From positions 124,001 to 188,000 of the forward strand of contig JBDOQK010000035.1 of assembly GCA_040437565.1 (NCBI GenBank): a DNA stretch of 64,000 nt, given 5' to 3'. The notes under the pieces were generated by a model that saw nothing but the letters and a program-made list of their open reading frames with translations, did no database searches and had not been told where the DNA came from. Of the stretch, positions 11,920 through 25,549 are shown one piece after another; the first letter of the stretch is position 1, and each line of letters starts with the position of its first letter. Made by a program: the position numbers and the translations under genes. The DNA comes from Albugo candida (taxonomy: Eukaryota).

Positions 11920-14130
11920 GCAGATAAAAAACTGGCGCAGGAAGCGAGATCGGCAACGTAGTTGGAGAAAGATAATACGAACAAGACTCCATCCTGGCAA
12001 TGAAGTCCAGATATAGAAAACGCTGACATCATTCATCAATAAAGAAGTCAACTTGAAGACATCCTCTATCGGCTTATAATGAATTGGTTTCGATAACTAT
12101 GACTGAACTTCCCTTGTAAAAACTGAAGCGAAATCGAGGATCTACTCTGCAAAAGCCGGTCAGCTATCTCCCGTTATTCACGTTGATGGTGTGACAGCAA
12201 CTGACAACAGTGCATTATTGCATGTTCATAGACTCATGCCGTATTTCTACATCGCCTGTCACGACAAGTTTGATACAAGCAAATGTGGTTAAGCGCATCA
12301 AGTACTTGACAAAACTCTAAATTTGACTGTGAAATCTGACCCGCCTTCAAAGATTGGTTCTTTTTGCAAGCTGCCACCCATGTATGCCTTCCTATTTACA
12401 TCAAAATGACCCTATGGAAACTTTATTCCAGTATGGCCGTATTTGCTTCGGAGTACGGGGTTCACTTGAAAATGGCTTGTTTCCCCGGCTGCGTATTGTG
12501 CACTTGCGTGTAAGATTGGCGAATAGTGTAACTATGACGTGTTCGCTTCCATCTTTGCAGACATATGAGAGAAAATGCTCGTCTTGCGCATTGATGCGGT
12601 TTTGAGGCAGGCAAGCTTTTCCGGTGTATGGGAAGAAAAGAACATGTTTTAGTAAAGCACTTATGTCTGAAGTGGACGATAATATGCCAAGTGATGCTTG
12701 CTTTTTCTCCAGGATCCAATCATTCAAATTGCAAATATAATGCACGAGGAGGGGTCCTCGACAACTCTTATGCACAATGGTTATGTACTCGGGACTTGCA
12801 AGCCTATCGCCGTACCAGTGTCTTGGAGTATACGTAGCTTTTGTTGAATTGGTAGAGACAACCAGATATCATCACAGGATACAATGTCTACAATTTCAAC
12901 AGTCTATATGTTTCAAAGTGAAGAAAGATTAAACATGGGAGAATTCGATGGCCCTGGACGTCCGCTTCACAAGTAGATTCCGGTATAATCCATACATGGA
13001 TGCTCTTCGCGTCACAGACCAAGCAAGATGAGCGCTTATGAAAAGACGACTTATAGCTCGACGCAGAAAGAAAGGTCTTCCACCACTTGTTCAACGGTAA
13101 AAGCGAAGGCATAAAATCCCCAATGCACGACCAAAATACATTTGATCGTTATCCTATCATGCGACGCATTTTCAGCGGAGTTCATACTCAATTAATGTAG
13201 TGACTAGCGAATTTCATGGTCAGCAAAAAGATGTTTCTTATGGAAATGATCCATGGAAGATGAGTCTCTTTCTCTTCCTCTAGATCCTTTGCATCGTTAA
13301 TCACTCCTGGTCAATTATATTGAAATTGCTCGTGTTTTTGATGTTCTATTTGCTGGAACGCGGATTGTAAAAGCCAATATAGTGATTCTAATGTTACAAA
13401 GTCCTAAAATCTCAACAGCTGTGATGCTGACTACAAAGATGAGTCGTGAGGGAACCCATCGAATCATATTACACCGTTGCAATTGCCACACTCGAATTTG
13501 ACCTTCTATACCTATCCTTAAATCATGCAAGCACATGATATTCGATACTCGACTCTGGTCGCGCCCAATGACGTCGATAAGCTGGATCATCTGCATTATC
13601 AAATTACCAAAGAGATACTTCTAATGATTGTAGAAGAATTTTCGGCTGCTCGGAAGCGAGTCAAATACGACCTGAGGCGAGCAACAGATCCGGTGATAAA
13701 GCAGTGCAAGACGGGCGACAAGTAGCGCTTAAAATTAGCGTATATATGGATTTACTGGATCGTTGCTGGTCAGCTTTTTTTGCATTCGAATTGCTTCGAG
13801 CTGAACAGCTTTTAAACGTCATTCTCTTTCAACACGTCAGGAGGTGGTGCATCATATCCGTGTCGCCAATTGCTATCCGGTAGGTGCCCAAAGTATCTAC
13901 GGCAACACGGATCCGATCATGGTCACATTTGAGTGAAAACAGTCGCTGAGAAGATAAGGTGGGGATTTCTTCTACCTTCCTATCGCCTATCCGATCGAAG
14001 TAGGAGCAAGTTTTTATTCCGATACTGGCTCGTGGAAAAAGACGATATGAATACTTACTTTGCACGAATGCATGCAACTATAAAAAAGTTGACTCTGACG
14101 ACCAAGAAACTGTACGCCACGACAATACGT
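11920..14130 (+). pseudogene. POLD1: Unprocessed, 3'-truncated pseudogene of the DNA polymerase delta catalytic subunit
   Basis: MQAHDIRYSTLVAPNDVDKLDHLHYQ matches [26 protein letters not shown] of the gene at 59856-63825. YGDTDS has become YGNTDP (~13898). There are many stops and frameshifts, an intron relic is kept at ~12660-12712, and the copy ends at ETVRHDN. Confidence 0.9.
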
Positions 14131-15724
14131 GGAACAGTGCAATAGTCACAGCTTCTTCACCGGCTATCGTCTCCAATGTTACAGAATAGTTTCGTGTTGA
14201 CAAAGTACTACGCTGGTTTATTTTATCGTTCGGTGAACTGATCACCACAACTGACGTATTTAATTGCTACTTTCATGAGAACAGAAAGGAAGCAGCAGAA
14301 GCAGTTCCGTCCATCAAGTCGATCTAAGCGTCGGGATATCATCATTCGGCCGAAGTAGTACGAGCTTATCCTCACTGCACCGCTTATTTCTGATATTTGA
14401 TGTCTAGCTCGCGTATGCTTAACTCTTTGTAAATCTGGTTTTATACGGGGCGCTAGACCGTATCGGCCATGCGATTATGTTTATAGGCAGACTTTTTGTT
14501 TGTGTCGCAGCGTCTTTGGTGTTTGTTGTACCTTGTAAGGAACTGGATCGGTGCCGCACGACTTGGCTTCTAGTTTGTGTCTGTAAGGCAAGTCACCTAT
14601 TCTGCCTTTGGTTTTTGCCGATCTTCTCTCATTCCGTCGTCTTACTCATAATGATGACCCAATACAAGTAATCGCCTAGCGGATCCTCTCTTGCCGACAA
14701 AATGGACAACAATATGCTCAGATGATGTGTGATGATTTGGGAAAAGAGACAAAATGAAGAGCACCAATCACGGCAATATTTTAGATCGGTAAACGGCGGA
14801 ATACTTTGGAAAACAACAGGTGAGTCCGAGACGCTGGAGCACATAAAGCTGTACACAAAGTAAAACCGAAAGAGAACACGTTCTGATTACTCTATGATCA
14901 ATATCGTCCACAACATGCCGCAAACAGGAGCCCCGCCAATGCTCGACAAAGCCTCTTCCAAATCATATCCCACACTGATTAGCCCACGCAACCATGCTTG
15001 CACTGCCTTGTGCCCGTGGTATCTCTACTTCTTCGTAATATTTTCATCGTTATATGAAAATTTAACAGCGCTTAAGGCTTTTCTGCAGGAAGCACGATTC
15101 TCATTTGGACAGGATCACTATTTCTGGTTCTCTTTGTCATTCTTTCCTTCGATAGAGCGACATACTGTCCTTGCTGTGGTCTTCTCCGAGAGTGATTGGT
15201 TTAGTAGCTCAATGCTGGTTTAATATTCCAATTCTTTATTCAATAGCGCACATAAAGCTGAACGATTGCGATTTTGTAATTTAAACTGTTTGTCGCTCCT
15301 TCCTCCACATCTCATAGATGGAGTCATTTTGTCACAATGTGAAGACCGACATTTGATAGGTATTGATGAACGTTTATTTCTTGAGAATCGGTCGTGTTAT
15401 CCTGAGAAAGCCAAAATTGTCTGACGAATCGGAATGAACCATAGCCAAACCACTAGAGATCCTTCATCCTACTGCGCCTTTAACCTCATCTCATGATTTG
15501 TTCACGTGGAGGATCGTGCAATGATTCAAGAACAAGGTGATTGATCAAAGCTATACGTAATCACACTTCGACGCCACGCCTGTAATACATCCGAAATGTC
15601 AGTTTGAACCACTTTGTTCGAAAGGGAAGCGTTTCTAGGCTTTTTTGTAGGAATGATGAAGAGTGTAATGAGAAGTTACTGTCATACAACAATCACACAT
15701 TTATAAAGGATGGTGCTTACAGGT

Positions 15725-18700
15725 AGGCTCTCTATGAATATAGCACAGAATGTATCTCCATACAAAGTTGCAATAAGCTTGAACAGCTAAAAAAGCGACG
15801 CTAAATAATACAAGGAGATTGTAACGGGGGTGATGATTGCTAATCGGTACAAAGTTCGTGATATTGAGAAAACCGGCTAAACTCGCGCGATATCTGCACA
15901 ATTTGTAGCGCATAGGTAGAAATATGACCTAGTGCAGCCAATTCGCTACAACCCCATCGTCTTGTGATATTAAAGTAGTACACAGGCGCAGAGAAGCTGA
16001 AAGGTAAAGGCACATCAACGAAAGACAGAACGATCGAAGAAAGTGTTACTCGGAAGCTGTTTGAATGCATTCTCTTCCTGCAATAATTGCTCAGACTTCC
16101 TACGCTTTTCAATTGAAATCAATAGAAAATGTCAAAATTGGTGATAACTTTTTCCCTGTCGTCGTGTGGAAGAAAGTAAAAGATGTGAATGGATAGAACA
16201 AAAGGTTTCAGTGTAGTCAGAAGATTAGACGACAAATATATTTTGACACTATCCCAGCTGTAAGGAACTATAGTAAAATACCTGCGTGATTTAGAGCGCC
16301 GTCTAAGTGTACAATGGATTGCATACGCGAGAAATCAGCAAAATCATGCACGAATAATCCGATCGTTTCATCGAAAATGTACCAAAATAAGGGAACGATC
16401 CCAGTTCCAAAGGGACGGGTCTGTTCAAGTAGACGCGAACCGATTCAATTCTTGTGGTTTACACTACATTATGATATAATATAATGAGATATAGAAGAAT
16501 CGCTATGTCCTACTTTGAGAAAAAAGCGCAATTCTCCGATCAAACTATAAGCGATGATCGACCGCAAAAGCAATACCTGCTTGACCTTTCGGATGTAGAA
16601 GACTCGAGAGGCAATTTAGTATCACATCAGCTACCGTTAGGTAATGCGTCAATGAAGATCTCTGCTACCGCGAATTTGATACACAAAACCCGACAACGTA
16701 AACAACCGGCAACGCTGCTACGTGCAAATCCACATGCTATAGTGCATCTTTGTTGAATGTCAGCCTCATAACGAATGTTTTACAAGAGGCGGGTAGTTTG
16801 TGTAGGCTTAGATCAAATTTTAAGCTATAAAGGACTTGAATATAACCTACTTCCGAATTTAGTTACCGCCCGGTAACGGAAGAGAAGGTCAACAATCTTG
16901 CTATTATGCAGATGGTACGCTCGCGACAGCTTCTTCGTGTAGCATCGTTTTCCACGTGGCCCTCCCGGAGGATCTTGCTCTTTTGATTGGCAGTTAACTT
17001 TCCCGATTTTGAAAAAGTCAACTGTCAAAAATTTAGTATCCCACTTTCTGGATGAGACATTCAAAGCACGATTACTGCTCACATTCTGTGAAGCAACTCT
17101 GTGATCACTTCCAAAATTACCAGAATCATGAAGACTGCTATTTTACGCTCATGCGCCGTTTATTTTCTGATGATAACTGATCATTCATGTGCCGCACAAA
17201 ACTTCTATCCAGAGCTATTGTTTACTTCTCTTGACGAAAAAGGCGTGTTTACTTCTCTTTACGAAAAAGGCGTGTTTGTACTCTATGGTGAATACATGGA
17301 TGACATGAACTGTAAACTTGCTTCATCTTTAAATGGAGGAGAAGAGGATTGCTGGTTCATTNNNNNNNNNNNNNNNNNNNNNNNNNNNNNNNNNNNNNNN
17401 NNNNNNNNNNNNNNNNNNNNNNNNNNNNNNNNNNNNNNNNNNNNNNNNNNNNNNNNNNNNNAGGCTCTCTATGAATATAGCACAGAATGTATCTCCATAC
17501 AAAGTTGCAATAAGCTTGAACAGCTAAAAAAGCGACGCTAAATAATACAAGGAGATTGTAACGGGGGTGATGATTGCTAATCGGTACAAAGTTCGTGATA
17601 TTGAGAAAACCGGCTAAACTCGCGCGATATCTGCACAATTTGTAGCGCATAGGTAGAAATATGACCTAGTGCAGCCAATTCGCTACAACCCCATCGTCTT
17701 GTGATATTAAAGTAGTACACAGGCGCAGAGAAGCTGAAAGGTAAAGGCACATCAACGAAAGACAGAACGATCGAAGAAAGTGTTACTCGGAAGCTGTTTG
17801 AATGCATTCTCTTCCTGCAATAATTGCTCAGACTTCCTACGCTTTTCAATTGAAATCAATAGAAAATGTCAAAATTGGTGATAACTTTTTCCCTGTCGTC
17901 GTGTGGAAGAAAGTAAAAGATGTGAATGGATAGAACAAAAGGTTTCAGTGTAGTCAGAAGATTAGACGACAAATATATTTTGACACTATCCCAGCTGTAA
18001 GGAACTATAGTAAAATACCTGCGTGATTTAGAGCGCCGTCTAAGTGTACAATGGATTGCATACGCGAGAAATCAGCAAAATCATGCACGAATAATCCGAT
18101 CGTTTCATCGAAAATGTACCAAAATAAGGGAACGATCCCAGTTCCAAAGGGACGGGTCTGTTCAAGTAGACGCGAACCGATTCAATTCTTGTGGTTTACA
18201 CTACATTATGATATAATATAATGAGATATAGAAGAATCGCTATGTCCTACTTTGAGAAAAAAGCGCAATTCTCCGATCAAACTATAAGCGATGATCGACC
18301 GCAAAAGCAATACCTGCTTGACCTTTCGGATGTAGAAGACTCGAGAGGCAATTTAGTATCACATCAGCTACCGTTAGGTAATGCGTCAATGAAGATCTCT
18401 GCTACCGCGAATTTGATACACAAAACCCGACAACGTAAACAACCGGCAACGCTGCTACGTGCAAATCCACATGCTATAGTGCATCTTTGTTGAATGTCAG
18501 CCTCATAACGAATGTTTTACAAGAGGCGGGTAGTTTGTGTAGGCTTAGATCAAATTTTAAGCTATAAAGGACTTGAATATAACCTACTTCCGAATTTAGT
18601 TACCGCCCGGTAACGGAAGAGAAGGTCAACAATCTTGCTATTATGCAGATGGTACGCTCGCGACAGCTTCTTCGTGTAGCATCGTTTTCCACGTGGCCCT

Positions 18701-19098
18701 CCCGGAGGATCTTGCTCTTTTGATTGGCAGTTAACTTTCCCGATTTTGAAAAAGTCAACTGTCAAAAATTTAGTATCCCACTTTCTGGATGAGACATTCA
18801 AAGCACGATTACTGCTCACATTCTGTGAAGCAACTCTGTGATCACTTCCAAAATTACCAGAATCATGAAGACTGCTATTTTACGCTCATGCGCCGTTTAT
18901 TTTCTGATGATAACTGATCATTCATGTGCCGCACAAAACTTCTATCCAGAGCTATTGTTTACTTCTCTTGACGAAAAAGGCGTGTTTACTTCTCTTTACG
19001 AAAAAGGCGTGTTTGTACTCTATGGTGAATACATGGATGACATGAACTGTAAACTTGCTTCATCTTTAAATGGAGGAGAAGAGGATTGCTGGTTCATT
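15725..19098. repeat. Apparent 1637-bp direct duplication flanking a 100-N gap (likely assembly artefact)
   Basis: 15725-17361 reads identical to 17462-19098, with the gap at 17362-17461. Confidence 0.85.
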
Positions 19099-19869
19099 TT
19101 TTTCAAAACGCATTTTCCGTTCTGATCAATCGAATTCACTTGATGGGAATCAGCAGGTATCAAATCCACCTATGAAAATAGATCGCAATAAACCCGCGTA
19201 CGTTCTCTCTCGTCGACTCTTCATTTCGATTTTTGAAACATCACACCCAACAGCATCATGCCTTATTTTGAATTGGGAGACAGATGGTAAGCTTCGTCTC
19301 CAATTGATACCGGCACGTAACCAAGCCAAGAAGGAGAAACAGATAGCAAACCCAGGTCGCAAAAAAATCAAAAAAACGGAACAATCCAGCTGGTCTACTA
19401 AAGTAATGGAGCATGAATATCTGTACATCACGATTGGTGCGAACGAATATCAGGATAAAAAAAAATCGTGTTCTTTGACTTTGGAAGCTTGAAAAGCACG
19501 ATTCCAGAAGCAGCGTATAATACGATCGTAGGATTGCTCGGTAACAGAGTCACCAGTTCCAACACATTCGACTGCGAATTAGCCGAAAAGGATTTACTGC
19601 CAGACATAATCATCAATCTCGACAAGGACGTAATTATCGAGCTCAAAAAGAAAGATTACGTTCATAAATTGATGCCCACAAACGCTGACCATCAGACAAG
19701 TAAAGAAAAGTGTATTTTGGCTTTGAAAGGGCACGAAAGTGATGAATGGATTATAGGCGCGCCTATCATCAAGAGTCATCCTATGCGAATTCATCGCGAT
19801 AACTCAAACCATGTCCGCCTGACAATTTTCGGGGGCAAACGCACGCAGTCAAAGAGCAGCACGTCTTAA
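18865..19869 (+). pseudogene. Secreted pepsin-like (A1 fold) gene, copy B; frameshifted at two homopolymer runs
   Basis: Signal-like MKTAILRSCAVYFLMITDHSCAA. FFDFGSLKSTIPEAAYNTIV...FDCE...LPDIIINL...DYV...CILAL...WIIGAPIIK follows the layout of the pepsin C-terminal lobe. Frame changes coincide with a T-run (~19097) and an A-run (~19457). Confidence 0.7.
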
Positions 19870-19899
19870 TCGTGACATCCTTTGGTAGTCACACACAAA

Positions 19900-20600
19900 T
19901 ACATTTGTTTGCTATGATTTCTTCTTCTGCCGCCCTGATACCCGTACGGATATGTCTTGACAATCGGTGATCCTCCGATTTTGTTCATGGTCATCAAGCC
20001 ACGCTATGCACTTTTCCCTTGAGTGAGTGATACCAAGGCAGCTGTGTATCTGTGGTGACTTGGCGTATTCGGTACAGCAGATACAGCAGAATGTGAATTC
20101 GTGTGGCCCTGGGATCAGATTGCTATTTCGTTTTGCAAGACCCAAAAATGATTTTTTACATGCCAAGTTTGTCGTGAACATTGCGAACCTGTCCCTGAAT
20201 GTGGGCGAATTATTATGTTACGAAGCTTGTCAGTTATCATTCTCCTTCAGCTACTTTGGCTTCGATACTTCGAAACGAACTGCTAAAACGTTTCATTTCT
20301 TCATGATACGATTGGTCTGATAGCTTTTCTGACCTGTGCATTATTTCCATTTTCAGCTCGGTGGAGTTCATACCAGCGTCCGATACTAATTAAAGCACTC
20401 ACGAGCGCAAGACACCGGTTCGGTCATTGAGGTTAGCACAAGAGCCAGCAATCACTTACATAAATGATGACGAGATGCAAACCAGCTTCCACATTCATCC
20501 CTGTATCCAGTTCGATTCACGTCGATCTTATACAAGGCTTGAAATCGGTATGCATTGAGACACACCGCGGAATATATCATAACTCATGTCATGATCTATT
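19900..20600 (-). pseudogene. Decayed gene of unknown function, copy B
   Basis: Collinear nucleotide similarity to 1850-2700. Confidence 0.45.
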
Positions 20601-20699
20601 ATTTCCGCTCTTTGAAAGTGTATTTATAAACCTGTGACACAAGTAGATTGATGCATCAATGCGTGCAACGCTTCTTTAACACTGTGCCGTTGCACTGAT

Positions 20700-23086
20700 G
20701 CATATTGTGTCGTAGTAATTGATCACTTCATCGGGACATAAATAAAAAAAGTTGTTATCCAAAGTACCTCGAAAAGAAAAAGTCGCACTTGGTATGCGGA
20801 TTCCGACAGACGTACCAGGGTATCTTCACGTAGCGTCCACCAGACACTGCGAACCATGTTACAGGCCTGAGCATACGTCGACTATTATCAATGCCAGCTG
20901 AACGCTAGAAAAAAGGTGGCTCAATCTAAAAGTGCTACAAAAGAGCATAGAATTTGAATATGTAATACTTAGCGCTATTTGTAGCATGAAATACCTGGAG
21001 AGTGGAAGTAGCAGCAAAAATAGAAAACTTGCAACAAATAAAAAGGTGATAGATAAGGTGCTTATAGAAGGCCAAGCAGCCCAATGTAACGAGGCTACAG
21101 ATCTACGACAATGTACTGCGATGATGAACCTCGCAATTGTAGCTCGCATCGACAAAGTACTATCATAAGAAACAGCAATATGGCTGCCCGACATTTCATT
21201 TCTCAAGAAAGATCCTCGGTCCATCTAAAGTCAACTATAGTTGGCTTCATGTTTGTAGCGGCATGTTATACCCTTCAGCATTGTCACGATTGCTAACTTG
21301 AGAGCTGTGTACAGGACACGCATTTCAATGCAAGCAGAGGTCACAAAGATGTGAATATTTACAGTGATATACGCCTTCATGTCTCAGTTTGGCATCAATT
21401 CACTCGGTGCGTTTCCATAAACGCAAATGGTAATGGAAAAGGAAGCTCAAGCTGTAACCTAGTGAAGCTGTCGAGGCAAAGCATAATAGAGGCCTCCTTC
21501 GTGCGGTGATCGCAAGGTATGCTTCAAGTATGAAGTTGACGTTCCACTATTTCACATTTTGGGGACGCATTATATAGTGTACTTACTAGCTCCAGCATAC
21601 CTCTATTGAGTAATCATCATATAAGCGAATCCGTTCCAGGCAACAGTGTTGTTAGCGTATATCTTGCATTGTATATTCATCAAGGCAGGTGTCTGACGGA
21701 GGAATGTAAATTGTATGCTTACCTAGCTTACACTTATCTAATAATGGATGGATTCCTTCTGCGATCAGCTTGCGACATTAGATGTACAGTGTGTACAGCT
21801 TGTTACCGTGGACCACAATCTAAGCGGATTGAACCCTGCCTTCTGAAATTGCCCAATTATGTGAAGAACTCGTTGTGGTCAGTTGCTGTTCGTTACGGGG
21901 TAGAAAATTCGTATTTGATTCAGCAATGCAAATGCAAAATACATCCGAATGGGCACGTATTTGTAGCGCAGTTCAAACTAAATGACAGATTGGAAAGTAC
22001 AACAATGAATGTATTGGTCGAAGATCCGATACATCGGTATGACCACTGAAATTAGGAAGGATTTGTAGGAAAATTTGAAAATGCAGGATATGCTATCGAC
22101 GAATTGTGGGCAATAATGCATTTGCGGAACGCATCCTCCAAACGGAGATTTTATCAAACAATGTTGATAGCCAATCCGTGCCATTTTGAAGGTTTCATTG
22201 TAGCCGTTTCGAAAAGCATTCGTTCATCTCGGATGCCCTTGAAGAATACAAGGCCACGGTCGACTTAAAGACCTTACAAACGCATTCCTTTAATAAAAAG
22301 CCTTTCGCAGCTCTTGATATCATTATCATGACAACTCATTTGCAGACATCAGATTCTTCTTCATATAGCAAGTTTGTCGAAATCGCATGAAAGGCTAGAT
22401 GGTGGATTCTGCATTTGTACGACATGACTCTGTTATCATCCAAACCACATGTGTGATTATATATTATCAAATTGTATCGCTTAGACAGTACATGCGAACA
22501 ATATTTGAGGGGCCACCATGTATGGGTGAATCAAAAGTGTATCTAAACGGTCCATGGACACTGGCGGATCGTTCATCGGATACCACAAGGATTTAGTACA
22601 CACTCTCTCAGTGGCAGGGAGGGAAGCAATTTCATGGGTATGAGAGCCAAAATCACCGTATCTCGAGTGAAGAGCTTCAATATTCTTCATGGAATTGTGA
22701 TTGATGTGTAACTTGGTACGCAAGAGGTTAGTATGAAGAATGCCGGATGAGTCAAAGCACGCAGTAAGTGTGCTATAAGAAAAAGAAATGGCTAAAGGAG
22801 AAGTCGTATCGATCAAATGCGTAATGCAAAGTGTCTATGGGGACACTTGTATCAGATCGTCCCTCCGGCTGTGCTTAAACGGCGATGCTCCACGCTTCCT
22901 TAACGGAAGTACGTGAAGTATGAAACATTCGAAAAGCTGCAGTAGATCGATTGAGAAAGAAGCGCTATACCAGCAGCTATCACGATATTGAACATGGAAT
23001 CTATTCAGCTTGCTTCCAGTGTTTGGATGCATGTTAGGTGTAATGATGTAAAGCAGAGTAGTCTCGACAGGAAATAATGAGAACAT
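20700..23086 (-). pseudogene. Decayed Cys-rich gene, copy B
   Basis: Blocks match copy A, e.g. 21060-21160 vs 6675-6780, 21300-21420 vs 6905-7010 and 22530-22810 vs 9710-9975. Confidence 0.45.
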
Positions 23087-23129
23087 AAACTAAAACTGCA
23101 TGGTTGCTTCAGGACTGGTTATATTCAAC

Positions 23130-23518
23130 TCAAAACATTTCTACTGCGATCTTATCAGTACATGAGAGAAGGTACGCTGATGGCGCATTAGAGTATACTG
23201 TTGATGTTGCATGTGTCACGAGAGTGATTGGTGTGACAGCAACTATCGAAGTCTCTACCCACGGGATGGGGGACTTGGAGTGCTCGTTACAGGTGCGTGA
23301 TTGTGAGTTGGATATCTGGGTGGGTTTTCTGGGTTTGGTTCTCGGGATGGAGGATGTGGAGGTAGCCGTATTGTTGGCATCTGCTCCTCCTGTAAACCTC
23401 ATCCATTTGTGTTTGGTGCCATCATTTCTCCAGCCTTTAGTACTTCGCCATTCACATTGAATGCGCTCATGAGAGCAGCGAGGGCGACTCCGCTGGAAAA
23501 GACGTTTATATAAACCAT
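23130..23518 (-). pseudogene. Small secreted protein, copy B, frameshifted
   Basis: MVYINVFSSGVALAALMSAFNVNG is homologous to the signal peptide of copy A. The frame breaks after ~39 aa. INR/FPR TCATTTTTGCATTC lies at 23531-23544 (-). Confidence 0.55.
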
Positions 23519-25549
23519 AGTGAACGTGGAGAATGCAAAAATGATCTTTGTCGTAGCCGATCTGGGAAGTCTGATATAGTATAGCACTTACGAGGTAATA
23601 CAATACCAGCTGTTCTTAGAAACACATACAAGATTCAGTATGGTATCTTGTGTTGGTATCAGGTACAGTGAGACTTTCCCAACAATCTTTTCCCTTCCCT
23701 TGCGCATTTGCCTTTCCTTGTCGCTTTTTTTTCTCGCACCAAACAAGCCCTATTTACTCAACTGTTAAGTACTCTATCTTCAATAAGTTCTTCTCATTAC
23801 TACCCTCTCGTTCTACGATGTGATAACATTCATAGCTATGCCTCATGTAATAGTACGCTATATTGCTAGAGTGGGTGGTGAATTGTGTGGCTATATTACC
23901 ACCTACTTGGCAACGGCACAAATATTGATAAAACTGCAGCTAATTCAGCAGGCGCTTTGTTGCGTTATTAGCAAGAATAACCCAGGCATATAGGCACTGT
24001 GTTGCTCGATGATCATATTATTTTGCTTCCCAACCCGAATCCTGTAAAGGCGCGAGGCTTTTACTCTCAAAACCCTATAGTAGAAAGTCAAAATCGAACA
24101 AATGCACTAGAAAAGATCGCCGCGTGCTTGTGAAAAAAAATTTGATTCAGGAAATGTCGCATTTTTGATCCTTCCATAATTCTCCATACTCGACGGCCTT
24201 CCTATACCGTTCTTCATCCCAACTACGAAGGTAACGATATGTGCACACGAAACACTCATAAACGCACAAAAGCACACGTCAACGTGATGAATAAGGCTGC
24301 AATATTTGCGTCAGCGAAGTGACAGTAAGCGCCGATTCAAAACGATTGTGATGTGGTTTGTGTGATGTCGAGAGCTTTCAACATTGCTGAAGCGTAATGG
24401 TCAGACAAAATTCATGATACAGTATACTGAAGCGTGGTGACCTTGGAAGTAATACGGCAATGAACACGTCAGACCATATCCTCTAGACTTGAGTAATAGC
24501 CCAGTAAGGGAATGAATCGGCCAAGTCAACGTTTCAATTACATATGGCAGCGATATTCTGTTGAAGAATCTCGAGCTCGCGGGATATACGTCGCACAACG
24601 ACAAAGCACGTGCAACTGTTCTTCCAACACCCTACTGCAACAGCCTAAGCCCAGAATCAGCGAGCACTTGGAATCCTCAACACTGACAAGCTTTGAAACT
24701 GGATTCTTCATTCAAATTCAAGGAGCTATTCTGATCCAGCAATTTTGATTTGGCTATAGCGCCATCAGAGCTAATGACATCGCATCAGCGACGGCTTGAG
24801 ATAATTGGGAGGAATGTTGTCCTCAAAGACGCATACAGACGTACCTTCGTATACCTTATGAGAAATAGTATACACATTATACATCAATATAATCAACAGA
24901 GATGGAATGAAGGCTGCATTTCGATCATGCATTATTGGGGAATACTACCAGGCATTAAACTGTGAAAGACTTAGAGTGTTGAAAGCAGGCGTTTGCTCAT
25001 TGAATACTTCAGCATGTTCATGACAAGAAGAGATATGCTGTGCGGGCATCATATGGGGAACCTAATGAAATGCATGAGAAGGTGAGTAATAAGTTGTCAC
25101 CTTAAAGTAGCGGAAAAGGTAACAGGTATCAATATCAGTAGTCTTCCATCCAACGCGAGCTATGAATCTGGTCATCTAATTGGCACGATGGTAGTTCAAT
25201 TCTGTCATCAAAAGTCACCTTAACTCTTAAATAGATGGACAACGGACGCCTTTGCATGCCTTGATTCTAATGCGGGATGTCAAAGGATATTTAAAAACTA
25301 CCTAGTCGTGTATTAGCTGACCTCTGTGGAGAGAGCAACGCACGGAGAAGCCTTACATCGTCGAATATGTCGTGTATACTCGTACCTTGATGATGTTAAT
25401 AGTGGCTCCATTCGTTCCGTGAATAGTATGTAAACATTATTTACTCAGATTCGACATTTTTCTGCAGGAGCGTCTAAGGATGTACACACTGAAAGACTCA
25501 CATTTGTAAAAACAATATTGCGGTTTATATCGAAAATATGCTACTAAGG

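Noticed and set aside
11920-14130. Polinton or viral B-family polymerase
   Set aside because: It is collinear with the cellular POLD1 including an intron. No integrase, capsid gene or terminal repeats are visible.
14200-15400. Minus-strand protein-like fragments after the POLD1 relic
   Set aside because: Multiple stops, no recognisable family and no second copy to support them.
17101-17541. Third copy of the pepsin-like gene
   Set aside because: It lies in an identical gap-flanking duplicate and is truncated by the gap.
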